Shown: positions 8,978 to 19,551 of the stretch, one piece after another
How the letters are laid out: each line of letters begins with the position of its first letter
Numbering within the stretch: position 1 is the stretch's first letter
Source of the DNA: an uncultured Planctomycetia bacterium
GTDB lineage: Bacteria > Omnitrophota > Gorgyraeia > Duberdicusellales > Duberdicusellaceae
Assembly: GCA_964634935.1 (NCBI GenBank)
Contig: CAZWJT010000001.1
Coordinates: forward strand, 160,949-224,948
DNA: 64,000 nucleotides
Direction: 5' to 3'
Notes under the pieces: generated by a model
The model's database searches: none
What the model saw: only the letters and a program-made list of their open reading frames with translations
Told to the model about the DNA's origin: nothing
Program-made: the position numbers and the translations under genes

Positions 8978-10132
8978 CTATCTGCATAAATACCGGTTTA
9001 GGACAGCAACGAGTTCAGTATTCTCGAGAAAAGCATCCGTATCCCAGCTCCGCTGTATCTTCTCTTTCTCTGAACCCCAAAGCGTATAGAAATTTTCCCA
9101 GCCATAAAGTGGACCCTCCCGGCGAACCCATCCAGGATTTTTACAGTATTGCATTACTCCGTCAGGGAATGTTTTCTGAGCAACTGCCTTATAGGTCCAA
9201 TAGGTCCAATCAAACTTATATTCTTCAAAAAGAGAAACAACATCGTGCAGCCAACAAAGCTCCCCGGAAACTCCACCGCGGTAATTGACGCCAAACTCAC
9301 CAACAAATATACGAGTTCTGTGCTTACGGGCAAACGCAGCATAGGTTTCTATTTTCCTGCGCAATGTGTTCTTATCCCACATACTCCCGTTGATCTTACC
9401 CGGATAACAGGCGCCAGGAACAAAAGCAAATGTACAATCTAAGGGCTCATAAAAATGAATACTGGGGAGAATATCCTGACCAACAAAACTATCGAGCACT
9501 TCAAGTCGTTGAGCCCAGTTGCTTCCTTCAAGAAAGATAAAATGGCGCTGATCGCATTCCCGGATCGACCGGATGGCATTACGATAAAAATCTGCCAAGA
9601 TTCCTTCGTCATGTTGCGCTAAAACAGGTTCATTCAAAATATCATACCCGTAGATAGTATCGTCGTCATGAAAAAAATCAGCAATATACCCCCAAAGCCG
9701 GCACATTCGCTGGCGCATGTTTTTTTTACTCCAAAAGAAAGCATCTCCGCTACTATCAGAATGCCAGTCATGATTCTGCGAACCACAAGCCGCATGCAAA
9801 TCAAGAATCACTTTCATCTTGCATCGTCCAGCCCAACGCACCACCTGCCGCAGAAGACTCATACCATTTCTGTCATAGGTATATGGTTTTCTCTCAATCA
9901 GGCGGTAATGAAACGGCACCCGCAAACAGTTTGCGCCCCAACGAGAGATCCGCACAATATCTTGCTCCTGGATAAAACGAGCGCGGAAAGAACGGTCGAA
10001 ACGATCCAGCTCATGCGCTCCATAGAGCGCGCTGAATTTTCTGCGGAACTCCTTTACCGGGATATTCCTGCCCCCCAGAATATATCCCTCCATTAGCAAC
10101 CACCCCCCAAGATTAAACCCGCGCATGCTCAT
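8978..10132 (-). CDS. Glycoside hydrolase family 5 (endo-beta-1,4-glucanase-like); no signal peptide
   Basis: GFNLGGWL N-terminal motif, NEP acid/base motif (ILNEPV) and GEFG nucleophile motif, all typical of GH5. 384 aa and no N-terminal signal sequence. Confidence 0.8.
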   Translation of the reverse strand: MSMRGFNLGGWLLMEGYILGGRNIPVKEFRRKFSALYGAHELDRFDRSFRARFIQEQDIVRISRWGANCLRVPFHYRLIERKPYTYDRNGMSLLRQVVRWAGRCKMKVILDLHAACGSQNHDWHSDSSGDAFFWSKKNMRQRMCRLWGYIADFFHDDDTIYGYDILNEPVLAQHDEGILADFYRNAIRSIRECDQRHFIFLEGSNWAQRLEVLDSFVGQDILPSIHFYEPLDCTFAFVPGACYPGKINGSMWDKNTLRRKIETYAAFARKHRTRIFVGEFGVNYRGGVSGELCWLHDVVSLFEEYKFDWTYWTYKAVAQKTFPDGVMQYCKNPGWVRREGPLYGWENFYTLWGSEKEKIQRSWDTDAFLENTELVAVLNRYLCR

Positions 10133-10612
10133 ATTTGTCCTTTGATTAAAAAATTATTGACAAAAAAAATTTTTTCTATATTTTATTAATCTATTATAGG
10201 ATGTGAAAAAGTAAACAGCAATAAAAAATAAAAAAAATCTTGAAAATTTATAAATTCTATTCTATAGTGTTTTTGTATGAATAAATATTCGCGATACTTA
10301 AACAAACAGCAAAATTTCAAGGGGGATGGGAACGAACGAATCTTGTGCGACTAAAAATACTCTGAATCGCACCAGGGTGCTTTTTTCTACCCACCACTGG
10401 AGAATACAATACTTCACTTTCCTTCCACGGAAAAAAGAAAATGTTGGTACCGCTCTTCTGAACGATATCGTAAAAACCCCCCATTCAATGATGCACCGCT
10501 TCAGGAGCATTCCACGCATCGCACGCTTGTGGTTTTTGAAAAAAATCCGGATAGAACTTATGCCCAGTCTCTGTGCAGACTGGCACTTATTGGCAGACGA
10601 TGGGAGAAAAAG

Positions 10613-10978
10613 ATGAAAAAAAGAGTAACATTTGGTTTCGAGCTGGTCATGGACTTACACGGGTGCGATATACGCGTGATGTCTTCTCGTAAAAAACTGA
10701 AAGAATATATCGATAAACTCTGCAAACTCATTGACATGAAAAAATTCGGGAAACCCTTCATCCCGTATTTCGGAGTAAATTCACCGCATACAAAAGGCTA
10801 CTCTTTAGTGCAATTAATCGAAACAAGCTCGATAACCGGTCATTTCTCGGAATATCTGCGCCGATCGTACATCAATGTATTTTCCTGCAAAACATTCGAC
10901 AAGGAATTAGCTAAAAAATTTACGCAGGAATTTTTCAAAGCCGAGAAAATAAAAGTACGATATCTTGTTCGTCCCTGA
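10613..10978 (+). CDS. speH: S-adenosylmethionine decarboxylase proenzyme, SpeH type (pyruvoyl-dependent)
   Basis: MDLHGCD and the LIETSSITGHFSE self-cleavage/pyruvoyl motif; ~121 aa from the ATG at 10613, which has a GGGAGAAAAAG RBS. The N-terminal extension in the track ORF (from 10529) is judged spurious. Confidence 0.7.
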   Translation: MKKRVTFGFELVMDLHGCDIRVMSSRKKLKEYIDKLCKLIDMKKFGKPFIPYFGVNSPHTKGYSLVQLIETSSITGHFSEYLRRSYINVFSCKTFDKELAKKFTQEFFKAEKIKVRYLVRP

Positions 10979-11004
10979 TTCTATGGACGGCGGAAAGTGA
11001 AAAC

Positions 11005-11334
11005 TCAAGCCTTAACGTACTCCGTACAAGAAAGAATTTGAATTTCCCCTGGAAGCACAAACCGCATCTTCTCTATAAACACGGCTGGACTCATTTCCTG
11101 AGCTAAGAAAAAAACCACATCTTCCTGGGCAAGACTTCCGATTTTCTGGGCAGGATTAAGAAACTGCATCTTGGGACGAGGCCGGAAACCCTGAGTCAAT
11201 CTGAACGGAATCTCGGCCCGGCGCAGAGCCCGCAGAAGAAGCCGAAACATGTCTAATTGCGAAATATAAATGCCAACTCCTTCTTTAGAAAATAAAACCC
11301 GTAACGCATAAATATTCCTGTTTTGCTCAACCAT
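11005..11334 (-). CDS. Radical SAM-linked protein (DUF2344/TIGR03936 family), short form
   Basis: Signature ISQLDMFRLLLRALRRAEIPFRLTQGFRPRPK matches the DUF2344 motif (SHLD...RA..RA..P...SQGFNPRPK). It lies immediately downstream of the TIGR03960-like radical SAM gene. Confidence 0.65.
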   Translation of the reverse strand: MVEQNRNIYALRVLFSKEGVGIYISQLDMFRLLLRALRRAEIPFRLTQGFRPRPKMQFLNPAQKIGSLAQEDVVFFLAQEMSPAVFIEKMRFVLPGEIQILSCTEYVKA

Positions 11335-11366
11335 GGTTTATCGCGGGTATGCGCGAGAAAATTCTT

Positions 11367-13028
11367 TTATCCAAGATGCCCCCAGGGAGTAGATTTCCTT
11401 GTATCTTTTTCCCAATATGATTCGGGAAGCAATGAATGCTTTTGTAAAGATTCCCGCCAAAGACTCAAAGAAAAACTGTCCGGGTAAGACAGCCTCCCTT
11501 TGAGAGCAGCAAAAAAAACATCTTCCAAAATAACGGAAAGTTCTCTTCCGGCGCGGGCGATAAGAGTTTCAACAAGGCATCGCTCCAAAGGTGGAGTATC
11601 GATTTTAAGACGACGGAACCGCCCAAGACGCATCCGTATAGCGCTGAATTTATCCCGCACAACCTGAACATTCTCAAGGGATTCGCGCTCAAAAATGCTA
11701 TGGGGTTTGGGCATAAAATAAGAAATGCTCAGGTGAAAATCGATGTATTTCCGGGATAATTTCCGCGAAGAAAGGTAGAATCCTTCGACCATCGAGCAAA
11801 GAGCCTCTATATCCTCACTGGTCTCGCTTGGCAGGCCAATCATAAAGTATGTTTTTATCGTCGTATAGAAAGAATTGCCTACCACAGACATAATTTCATC
11901 CCACAGATGAATATCGATGGTCTTACCGATACATCGGCGCAATCTTGCCGTGGCGGCTTCGATGGCAAAGGTAAGACTTCCGCTACTAACCGGAATGAGA
12001 TCCTCAAGGAGATGAATTGTCTTTTCCTCAAGACGCAAAGAAGGCAAGGAAAGCTTCACTCCGTAAGGCCGAAAATAGCGGATCAACTCGGAAGTAAGCA
12101 TTTGAATATTGGAGTAATCAGCTACCGAAAGACCAAGGAGAGACATGTCTTCATACCCGCTCGAATGATACAACCTCTTTGCTTGCTCGAATACAATTTG
12201 CTGTTCTTTCTCCCGATACGGAGCATAGGTTTTTGTTGCCTGGCAAAACAAACAAGAATGCGGACAACCTCTGGAAATTTCAACACTGAACCTGTCGTGA
12301 ACGATCGGAATAAAAGGAACTATGGCCTGATGTGGAGAAAAAACACGCGAGAGATCCTTCACATAAACCCGCTCAATTGGAAACGGTAGATTTTTCTTGA
12401 TTGGAAAAATCCGCTCTCCGTCCTGTTCTCGTTCAAGCCGATAGAACGATGGAATATAGAAGCCGGGCAGAAATGAAAGCGCTTCAAGTTTTTCTTCTTT
12501 TGGCGCGTAGCGCAATCGCCGCATAGCTGTAATAAACACCGCGGCCTGCTCTTCAAACTCTCCAATGAAGACCGCGTCTAAAAACTCCCAAAGCGGCTCC
12601 GGGTTCTGCATCCCTCCAGCGATGACAAAAGGGGATTTTCGCTGTGTGGTTCTCAGGGGAATTCTCCCCAGGTAAAGCATCCAAAGAAATTGGAGATAAT
12701 TCAACTCGTAGTTGATGGAAAAACCAATGATGTCGAAATCACAAAGCGGGGTTTTTGTTTCAATAGAAAAAAGGGGGATCGTGTGCGTGAGTAAATGATC
12801 CCTTAAATCCTCGCCGGGTAAAAAGCAGCGCTCGCAGATAACACCTTCAAAAGAATTGAGCAGAAAATAAAGAATTCTAAATCCAACATTACTCATTCCC
12901 ACTTCATACAACTCAGGAAAACAAAGACAAATACGCAAAGTATTCCCGGCATGGAAATCTTTAGCCGGAATATTATATTCGTTTCCCAGATATCGGAGAG
13001 GTTTACGAAAAGAGAGAAAATCAATCAT
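11367..13028 (-). CDS. B12-binding-domain radical SAM protein (TIGR03960-like), uncharacterized family
   Basis: N-terminal KPLRYLGNEYN signature and a radical SAM cluster (SRGCPHSCLFCQ, CxxxCxxC); 553 aa. Its start overlaps the rodA stop by 4 nt (ATGA-type coupling). Confidence 0.75.
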   Translation of the reverse strand: MIDFLSFRKPLRYLGNEYNIPAKDFHAGNTLRICLCFPELYEVGMSNVGFRILYFLLNSFEGVICERCFLPGEDLRDHLLTHTIPLFSIETKTPLCDFDIIGFSINYELNYLQFLWMLYLGRIPLRTTQRKSPFVIAGGMQNPEPLWEFLDAVFIGEFEEQAAVFITAMRRLRYAPKEEKLEALSFLPGFYIPSFYRLEREQDGERIFPIKKNLPFPIERVYVKDLSRVFSPHQAIVPFIPIVHDRFSVEISRGCPHSCLFCQATKTYAPYREKEQQIVFEQAKRLYHSSGYEDMSLLGLSVADYSNIQMLTSELIRYFRPYGVKLSLPSLRLEEKTIHLLEDLIPVSSGSLTFAIEAATARLRRCIGKTIDIHLWDEIMSVVGNSFYTTIKTYFMIGLPSETSEDIEALCSMVEGFYLSSRKLSRKYIDFHLSISYFMPKPHSIFERESLENVQVVRDKFSAIRMRLGRFRRLKIDTPPLERCLVETLIARAGRELSVILEDVFFAALKGRLSYPDSFSLSLWRESLQKHSLLPESYWEKDTRKSTPWGHLG

Positions 13029-14143
13029 AGGTATCTGTTCTGTCGGTGAATATTCAGCAGAACTCCGATAAGCATAAAGTTTAGAAACATGTAACTGCCG
13101 CCGTAACTCAGAAAAGCAAGCGGTATACCAACCACAGGGAGAAATCCGATCACCATAGCAATATTAATCATGATATGCACAAAAAACAAGGCATAAATCC
13201 CTATTCCCAAGCAAAACCCAAACTTATCACGGCAGGAAAAACTAATATCAAGAATAATCTGCATAAGGAAAAAATACAAACCGAGCAGAATAAGGGCTCC
13301 GAAAAATCCCCATTCTTCGCCAACGAGGGTAAAAATAAAATCCGTGTGCCTGGCTGGAATAAAATTCAGCTGGCCTTGCGTACCAGACAAAAAACCCTTG
13401 CCGAATACTTGTCCCGAACCAATGGCGATTTTTGATTGCGTAATCGTATAGCCCATTCCAAGGGGATCGATATTGGGGTTCAAAAAAACTGCGATTCGCT
13501 CTTTTTGATATTCTTTCAAAAAAAGGCTTCCCAGGGGAACCATCAAAATGCAGACTAAAAAAACAACGATGATATTCCGCTTCTTCATTCCACATCCAAA
13601 ACCCATAAGTAAAAGAAGAAAAACGATTACGAGCGTAGTTCCCAGATCGGGCTGCTTAAAAACAAGAAAAAAAGCCGGGAGGAACGGTAAAAAAATTGCA
13701 ACGACTTCGTGCCAGAATGAACGTAAATATCCCTTCCCTCTTCCAAGGCGCACAGCGTAGAAACGCGCAGCGAGAAAAAGAACTGCTATTTTCGCAAACT
13801 CCGAAGGCTGAAAACTAAAAAAACCTATCTCGATCCATCGCCGAGCTCCCATCCGAACATCCCCCAGGACCAGCACAGCCAGAAGAGAAAGAAGCGTAAT
13901 TCCATAAATCACCCAGGATAACTCAAAGAAAACCCGGTAATTAACGCGCGAGAAAAAAAAGAGCAGAATCCACCCGGAAAAAACCCAAATAAGCTGCCGG
14001 AAAAAAATGCTCTTTCCTACCAACTCGCCCTTGTAGTGTAGCGAACTGAACAGTACCAGTAACCCGATCAGACTTAAAGAAAAAATAAGACAAAGAGTAT
14101 AAAAATAATTTTTATCCCTGAGTAATGAATTCCGCGCGATCAT
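13025..14143 (-). CDS. rodA: Peptidoglycan glycosyltransferase RodA (SEDS family)
   Basis: Polytopic SEDS sequence with the PDLGT motif and FtsW/RodA signature loops. The start is set at the ATG at 14143, which is preceded by GGAGAAAGAAAGA; the longer track ORF would overlap mrdA. Confidence 0.85.
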   Translation of the reverse strand: MIARNSLLRDKNYFYTLCLIFSLSLIGLLVLFSSLHYKGELVGKSIFFRQLIWVFSGWILLFFFSRVNYRVFFELSWVIYGITLLSLLAVLVLGDVRMGARRWIEIGFFSFQPSEFAKIAVLFLAARFYAVRLGRGKGYLRSFWHEVVAIFLPFLPAFFLVFKQPDLGTTLVIVFLLLLMGFGCGMKKRNIIVVFLVCILMVPLGSLFLKEYQKERIAVFLNPNIDPLGMGYTITQSKIAIGSGQVFGKGFLSGTQGQLNFIPARHTDFIFTLVGEEWGFFGALILLGLYFFLMQIILDISFSCRDKFGFCLGIGIYALFFVHIMINIAMVIGFLPVVGIPLAFLSYGGSYMFLNFMLIGVLLNIHRQNRYL

Positions 14144-14171
14144 TCTTTCTTTCTCCGAATCGTTCTTGAGT

Positions 14172-15866
14172 TCAAAAATGCTCCTGCAATTTTTCTTTAA
14201 TGCCATCCAAAAAACGATGGGTAACCTGGCAAGCATAGGCACTCGAACCGCTATTTTCAGTGAAAGTAACAATCACATACGGTTTCCCCTGGACTGAGAA
14301 GAAACCGCTAAACCATCCGTGAGCCGGGCCATGCGGATTTTGCGCAGTTCCAGTCTTTCCAGAAATATTCAAACCTAAATCATTGAGTATATGCGCTGTA
14401 CCTGAGACATCTTGAACAGCACCTCGCAGTCCGAGAGAAATATGCTCAAGAATCTCATCTGACAGGGAAATGTTTTCTGAAGCAATAGCGACTTCATTAT
14501 CTTCTATCTTCCTCACGAAGTGCGGATGAACCAGAAAACGCCGGTTCGCGAAAAGACTCATAAAACGTGCCGCCTGAATCGGCGTTGCCAAAACATACCC
14601 TTGGCCGATAGAAAAATTGACCGTATCTCCATCGAACCAACGCTGGCCAAACCGCTCTTTCTTCCAATGAGGGGTAGGAATAAGCCCTTTCTTCTCTGAA
14701 GGAATATCAACTCCCGTTTTTTTCCCAAGACCAACCCGGAAAGCATATTGACTGATCTTTTCGGCCCCAAGTTTTAAGCCAGTCGTATAGAAAAAAATAT
14801 TACAGGAATGAGTGAGCGCCTGCCGCACATCTTGCCAGCCATGAGAATTCGTGCAACGATACGTACGCCCTGTCTGGGAAAAAGTGCCTGAACAGAAAAA
14901 ATGGGTCACTAAAGATATTTTTCCTGTCTCCAATCCTGCCCAAGCGATAAGCGGCTTAATCAAAGAACCGAGCGGATATTCTGCCTGTATGGCACGGTTC
15001 ATCAACGGCCTGCTCCGAGCGGTCATGATATGCTGACGACTCTGAGAAGAATGAATAAAACCGTTTAGATCATAGGAAGGAACGCTTACGAGTGTTATAA
15101 TTTCTCCATTCTGAGCGTCCATGAGGATCAAAGCGCCTCTGTATTCTCCAAAAGCAGCAAGAGCTTTATCTTGCAGTTCAGCATCAATGGTCAGATATAT
15201 ATCCTTCCCTTTCTGGGGTAGTTTACGGCTGACGTAATTCACCAAACGCCCGCGAGCGTCCACCTCAACTTGCTCTCCCCCGCCTTGACCGTGCAAATAC
15301 GCATTATATTGCTCTTCAATCCCGGTATAGCCTATCTCATCACTCAGTTTATACCCATACTGCAAAAGGTAGAGCGATTGCTTCTGTAGTTTTTGGGTAT
15401 ACCCTAAAACATGAGCACACGAAACAGGGAAAATGGCTTCCCGCTTAAAAGAAACGTTCACAAGCACTTCTGGAAAACTCTCTTCTTCAAGCCGGATAAT
15501 CTTATCTTTTTCGGTAGTCGTATACACTACGACCGGAATAAAAGGAGCAACGATATTTTTTCGATAGTTTTCCTTCAACAGCTCAAAAGATACTCCAAGT
15601 ATTTCCGCCACAGAACGCAAGACACCTTCCCGGCTCCGGATGGTAGGAAGGATCCCTACTTCGAAGCGAAGTTGATTCTTGACCAGAGCAACACCGTTAC
15701 GATCATAAATAATACCCCGCACACCCGGACGAGGAATAAGACGCATGTAATTCTTTCTTGAACGCTCGAGATAGTGCCTGCCCTGAACAATTTGAGTAAA
15801 AAAGAGAGCGGCAACAAGAATTAAAAACCCGATAAAACTAAGTTTGCGTAAATTTTGCTGAGACAT
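14172..15866 (-). CDS. mrdA: Penicillin-binding protein 2 (peptidoglycan D,D-transpeptidase MrdA)
   Basis: N-terminal membrane anchor, PBP dimerisation domain, and transpeptidase motifs SLIK (SxxK), SxN-like, and KTGTA. Confidence 0.85.
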   Translation of the reverse strand: MSQQNLRKLSFIGFLILVAALFFTQIVQGRHYLERSRKNYMRLIPRPGVRGIIYDRNGVALVKNQLRFEVGILPTIRSREGVLRSVAEILGVSFELLKENYRKNIVAPFIPVVVYTTTEKDKIIRLEEESFPEVLVNVSFKREAIFPVSCAHVLGYTQKLQKQSLYLLQYGYKLSDEIGYTGIEEQYNAYLHGQGGGEQVEVDARGRLVNYVSRKLPQKGKDIYLTIDAELQDKALAAFGEYRGALILMDAQNGEIITLVSVPSYDLNGFIHSSQSRQHIMTARSRPLMNRAIQAEYPLGSLIKPLIAWAGLETGKISLVTHFFCSGTFSQTGRTYRCTNSHGWQDVRQALTHSCNIFFYTTGLKLGAEKISQYAFRVGLGKKTGVDIPSEKKGLIPTPHWKKERFGQRWFDGDTVNFSIGQGYVLATPIQAARFMSLFANRRFLVHPHFVRKIEDNEVAIASENISLSDEILEHISLGLRGAVQDVSGTAHILNDLGLNISGKTGTAQNPHGPAHGWFSGFFSVQGKPYVIVTFTENSGSSAYACQVTHRFLDGIKEKLQEHF

Positions 15867-15896
15867 AAAATCTTCAATAAACTGGTAATAATTACA

Positions 15897-16406
15897 TTAG
15901 AAAATCCATGGTTTTCTTGAAACTCCAACATACCCCCCGAGACAGTGTACGAAGAAAACCGTCAGAAGATAAATTGCCACAGTACAAAAAATATTGATTA
16001 TACCCAGAAGAAAAAACTCCCGTAAATAAATCTGGATAGAAAACAGAAGAAAAGAAAGAATGAGCATCAGGAAACCGATACAACCGGTAAAGAGCAAAGG
16101 CCAAAAACCTTTCAATTCAAATCGATCGAGTAGGTATTTTAAACTCCAGGCTAAAACTGGATAGAAAAAAACAGAAAAACCAAAAACCTCGGTTATTGTA
16201 TCCGAAAAAAAACCAAAACAAATACTCCAGAAAAGAATGAATCGATACGAAACAAATCTGGCAATAACAATAAGAACAATAAAGGTATAATCAACGCCCT
16301 CAACTGGATTATAAGGCGATACCTGGAATAGAAAAAATCCAAGTATATAGAGAGATAAAGAAAATGCCCTTAAAAATCCTGTTTTGTTTATTCCTTTTGG
16401 CAGCAT
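15897..16406 (-). CDS. mreD: Rod shape-determining protein MreD (probable)
   Basis: Small, highly hydrophobic multi-TM protein (169 aa) sitting between mreC and mrdA, the canonical MreD position. Called on position and composition only. Confidence 0.5.
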   Translation of the reverse strand: MLPKGINKTGFLRAFSLSLYILGFFLFQVSPYNPVEGVDYTFIVLIVIARFVSYRFILFWSICFGFFSDTITEVFGFSVFFYPVLAWSLKYLLDRFELKGFWPLLFTGCIGFLMLILSFLLFSIQIYLREFFLLGIINIFCTVAIYLLTVFFVHCLGGYVGVSRKPWIF

Positions 16407-16430
16407 CCGAAAACTATGATTGTATGAAAC

Positions 16431-17189
16431 TCAGCGCGGCTTAAGCCTTGCGCGGCTGATCACTAACACATAAGAATTGAAACGCCGGGGAGCAAAGGGC
16501 CGGACAAAAACCTGAACGGTTGAGGTCGCTGGATCCCGGCTTACAAAATCAACCTGCCCAACCCGTATTGAAGAAAACCGAGTATCAAGAAGATCTACCT
16601 CATCAGAAACCTTAACCTCAGAATCATAGTCTACATAGTGGAGTTTCCCGCCCTTCAAGATACTCCCAGAGAATAATGCACTTGTTCCGGCAACAACAAC
16701 GCCTATTTTAAATTCTTCGTCATTCACCAAAAGAACTTTGCTATAGGAATCTGCCACTTCAAGAACTTTGCCTAAAAGATTTCTCTCGGCGTCAACGATT
16801 AAATCTCCCTCATAAACCCCAGAACGCCTTCCTTGATCAATAATCATTTGACGCCGCCACTGAGAAGGATCTTTCAGGAGTACTCGTGCCGCCATAACTC
16901 GCTCAGATGAATCATGCTTAATCGCGAGCAATTTCCGCAATTCTTCGCTCTCCCGAAGAGAATCCTGAGCTTCACGGAAAGCGCCACGCATACGAACCAA
17001 TTCGGCCTTTAAATTTTTGTTTTCCTCAAGTAATAGCTTCGTGGTATGAAAGGAATGAAATGAAGTCCGGGTCAGAAGAAATACCGAGATTTTTTTGAAC
17101 GCGGATGAGAAAAAAAATTCTCCTATGAGAATCAAGAAAAAACCAATGCAAACGGGAAGAATTATCCGGTACTTACGATGAAGATGCAA
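16431..17189 (-). CDS. mreC: Rod shape-determining protein MreC
   Basis: N-terminal TM segment, a coiled-coil region ([16 protein letters not shown]) and a beta-rich C-terminal domain; it overlaps the mreB stop. Confidence 0.8.
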   Translation of the reverse strand: MHLHRKYRIILPVCIGFFLILIGEFFFSSAFKKISVFLLTRTSFHSFHTTKLLLEENKNLKAELVRMRGAFREAQDSLRESEELRKLLAIKHDSSERVMAARVLLKDPSQWRRQMIIDQGRRSGVYEGDLIVDAERNLLGKVLEVADSYSKVLLVNDEEFKIGVVVAGTSALFSGSILKGGKLHYVDYDSEVKVSDEVDLLDTRFSSIRVGQVDFVSRDPATSTVQVFVRPFAPRRFNSYVLVISRARLKPR

Positions 17190-18228
17190 GGGTTATCTTT
17201 TTTAAATACTTTATTTCTTCGAGAACCTTACCTGTTCCTTGCGCAACTGCAGTAAGAGGATCATCAGCAACAATAACTGGCAAACCTGTTTCATCAGAAA
17301 GAAGCTTGTCGATTCCCCTGAGAAGCGAGCCGCCTCCGCACATTACAATACCTTTTTCAATAAGGTCAGCGGCGAGCTCCGGAGGCGTTTTTTCCAACGT
17401 AATCTTCGCTGCCTCGATAATTTCTCGAACTGGAACTTCAAGCGCCTGACGAATCTCTTCAGAATTAACTTTGACAAGCTTCGGAAGACCGGTAACCAGA
17501 TCTCTCCCGCGCACATCCAGCGAAGTCTCTTCTTCTTGAGGATATGCCGAACCTAATTTAATCTTCACCTGCTCTGCCGTAGACTCGCCAATCATCAAGT
17601 TATAGTTCTTTTTCATATATTCGATAATCGCCTCATTCATCTCATCCCCGCCAATACGGATAGAACTCGCGTGAACAATACCTGCTAGCGATATCACCGC
17701 AATTTCAGTAGTGCCGCCTCCAATATCAATAATCATATTCCCTTGTGGCTCCTCGATGGGCAAACCAACGCCAATAGCAGCAGCAATAGGCTCTTCAACC
17801 AGAAAAACCTCACGCGCTCCCGCGCGGTATGCCGATTCCTTTACCGCTCGGCGCTCTACTTCGGTAATACCCGAAGGAACTGCTATCACCATCCGCGGAC
17901 GCCCATGGCGTTTTACCTGGACTTTTTTGATAAAATACCTGAGCATGCTTTCAGTCACTTCAAAATCAGCGATAACCCCGTCTTTCATCGGTCGAATAGC
18001 TACAATACTACCCGGTGTTTTCCCGAGCATCCGCTTCGCTTCCTCGCCTACGGCAAGAACTTCGCCTCTGCCCTTCTGGATCGCGACAACTGACGGTTCG
18101 CAAAGCACAATACCTTCACCGCGCAGATATACAAGAGTCGTGGCAGTTCCTAAATCAACACCGATATCATTGGCGAAGAATCCAAGAACATTATCGAGAA
18201 GGTGGATGAAAAAATTAGTGGGTTTCAT
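17173..18228 (-). CDS. mreB: Rod shape-determining protein MreB (actin homologue)
   Basis: [16 protein letters not shown] phosphate-1 motif and actin-fold motifs throughout; the start was refined to MKPTNFF... at 18228. Confidence 0.9.
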   Translation of the reverse strand: MKPTNFFIHLLDNVLGFFANDIGVDLGTATTLVYLRGEGIVLCEPSVVAIQKGRGEVLAVGEEAKRMLGKTPGSIVAIRPMKDGVIADFEVTESMLRYFIKKVQVKRHGRPRMVIAVPSGITEVERRAVKESAYRAGAREVFLVEEPIAAAIGVGLPIEEPQGNMIIDIGGGTTEIAVISLAGIVHASSIRIGGDEMNEAIIEYMKKNYNLMIGESTAEQVKIKLGSAYPQEEETSLDVRGRDLVTGLPKLVKVNSEEIRQALEVPVREIIEAAKITLEKTPPELAADLIEKGIVMCGGGSLLRGIDKLLSDETGLPVIVADDPLTAVAQGTGKVLEEIKYLKKITLASSS

Positions 18229-18254
18229 TGAATATGTATAATTTGGAATCCATA

Positions 18255-19538
18255 TTAACAAACCACCTCTGGTTTGTCAACCCCTTTATCAAGAACCCCA
18301 AAAGCTATGCCATTCTCTACTTTCTCGATCCGCACCGGAAGTATGCGCCCGGGAGAAACATGCGCGCTTTCTTTCACGTGCACCTTCAGGTATTCTCCGG
18401 AATAACCGCAGTAGAAATCTCCGCGTTTTTTCTGCTCAAAAACTACCGCGCAGGTACGGCCAACGAATCTTTGATAAAACAAACCCTCCAGATACAAAGC
18501 TTTGTTCTTCAGTATTTCGATCCGTTTTCGCACTGAATTTCGATCAACAGAGCCCGGAAACAAAAAGGCTTGCGTAGACTCTCGAGGCGAAAAAGGGAAA
18601 ATATGGGTTCGAACAGGCTGAATGCGCTCCAATAAATCTACGCTACGCTGAAATGCCTTATCGGTTTCCCCGGGAAAACCAACGATCAGATCACAGCTTA
18701 TTCCGGCTAAAGAATTAATCTTTCTAATTTCATGAATAATTCCTTCATAACATCCCGGATCAACAGAACGCTTCATAGAAGCCAAAATCCCGCCATCCCC
18801 GCTCTGAAAAGGAATATGAAAATGCTGGCAGATCTTTTGATGATTAAGGATATACCAAAGAAACTGTGGGGTTATCTGCTGCGGCTCAAGAGAGCTCAAA
18901 CGAATCCTGCCAAGACCCGGTAAAGCACAAAGTACATCTAATAAATCCTGAAATGCCTGGCCGTTACCCTGTTCTTTTCCATAGAAAAGAATATTTACCC
19001 CGCAGAGAACTATCTCAGAAAAACCTTTATGAATCAGGCGTTTTGCTTCTGCAATAATTTCTGGAAAAGGACGGCTGATCGATGCGCCGCGAACAACCCT
19101 GACTTTGCAGAAGCTGCAGCGATTATCGCAACCATCTTGAATCTTAAGGTACGCCCGACTTAATGGAAAATTGCCAATTGTCAAATCCCAAACTGCGAAA
19201 ACTTTTTTTTGAAGCGTAAGTCCGAGTTCGAAAAAAACATCATATTTACGCTGATACGGCAAGATGAGGTTTACCCCGAATTTTCTCATCTTCTCTGCAT
19301 CCAGCTCCGTAAGACAGCCAAGCACAACAAGCATACTCTCAGGAAACTGCCGTCGTAATCTCCGAATACACTGGAGGACCTTTGAATCGGCGCCATGGGT
19401 GACCGTGCAAGAATGGATGAGACAAAGATCAGGGGTTTTGCTTTTTACAAGGCCGTATGCCTTCAGTTTTTCGGCGAAAGCAACCGATTCATACGCATTG
19501 ACTTTACACCCAAACGTATAGATTTGAAATGTCTTCAT
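18255..19538 (-). CDS. MiaB/RimO-family radical SAM methylthiotransferase, MtaB-like
   Basis: N-terminal MTTase Cys triad (FGCKVN..., SCTVT, LGCL), radical SAM cluster CDNRCSFC, and a C-terminal TRAM-like domain; 427 aa. Confidence 0.8.
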   Translation of the reverse strand: MKTFQIYTFGCKVNAYESVAFAEKLKAYGLVKSKTPDLCLIHSCTVTHGADSKVLQCIRRLRRQFPESMLVVLGCLTELDAEKMRKFGVNLILPYQRKYDVFFELGLTLQKKVFAVWDLTIGNFPLSRAYLKIQDGCDNRCSFCKVRVVRGASISRPFPEIIAEAKRLIHKGFSEIVLCGVNILFYGKEQGNGQAFQDLLDVLCALPGLGRIRLSSLEPQQITPQFLWYILNHQKICQHFHIPFQSGDGGILASMKRSVDPGCYEGIIHEIRKINSLAGISCDLIVGFPGETDKAFQRSVDLLERIQPVRTHIFPFSPRESTQAFLFPGSVDRNSVRKRIEILKNKALYLEGLFYQRFVGRTCAVVFEQKKRGDFYCGYSGEYLKVHVKESAHVSPGRILPVRIEKVENGIAFGVLDKGVDKPEVVC

Positions 19539-19551
19539 TGGCAGAAAGCAT

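Noticed and set aside
10326-10616. 96-aa ORF (and antisense 10298..10519) in the speH leader
   Set aside because: No spacing between the G-run and the ATG (no usable RBS), low-complexity basic composition, and no recognisable domain. Treated as non-coding leader.
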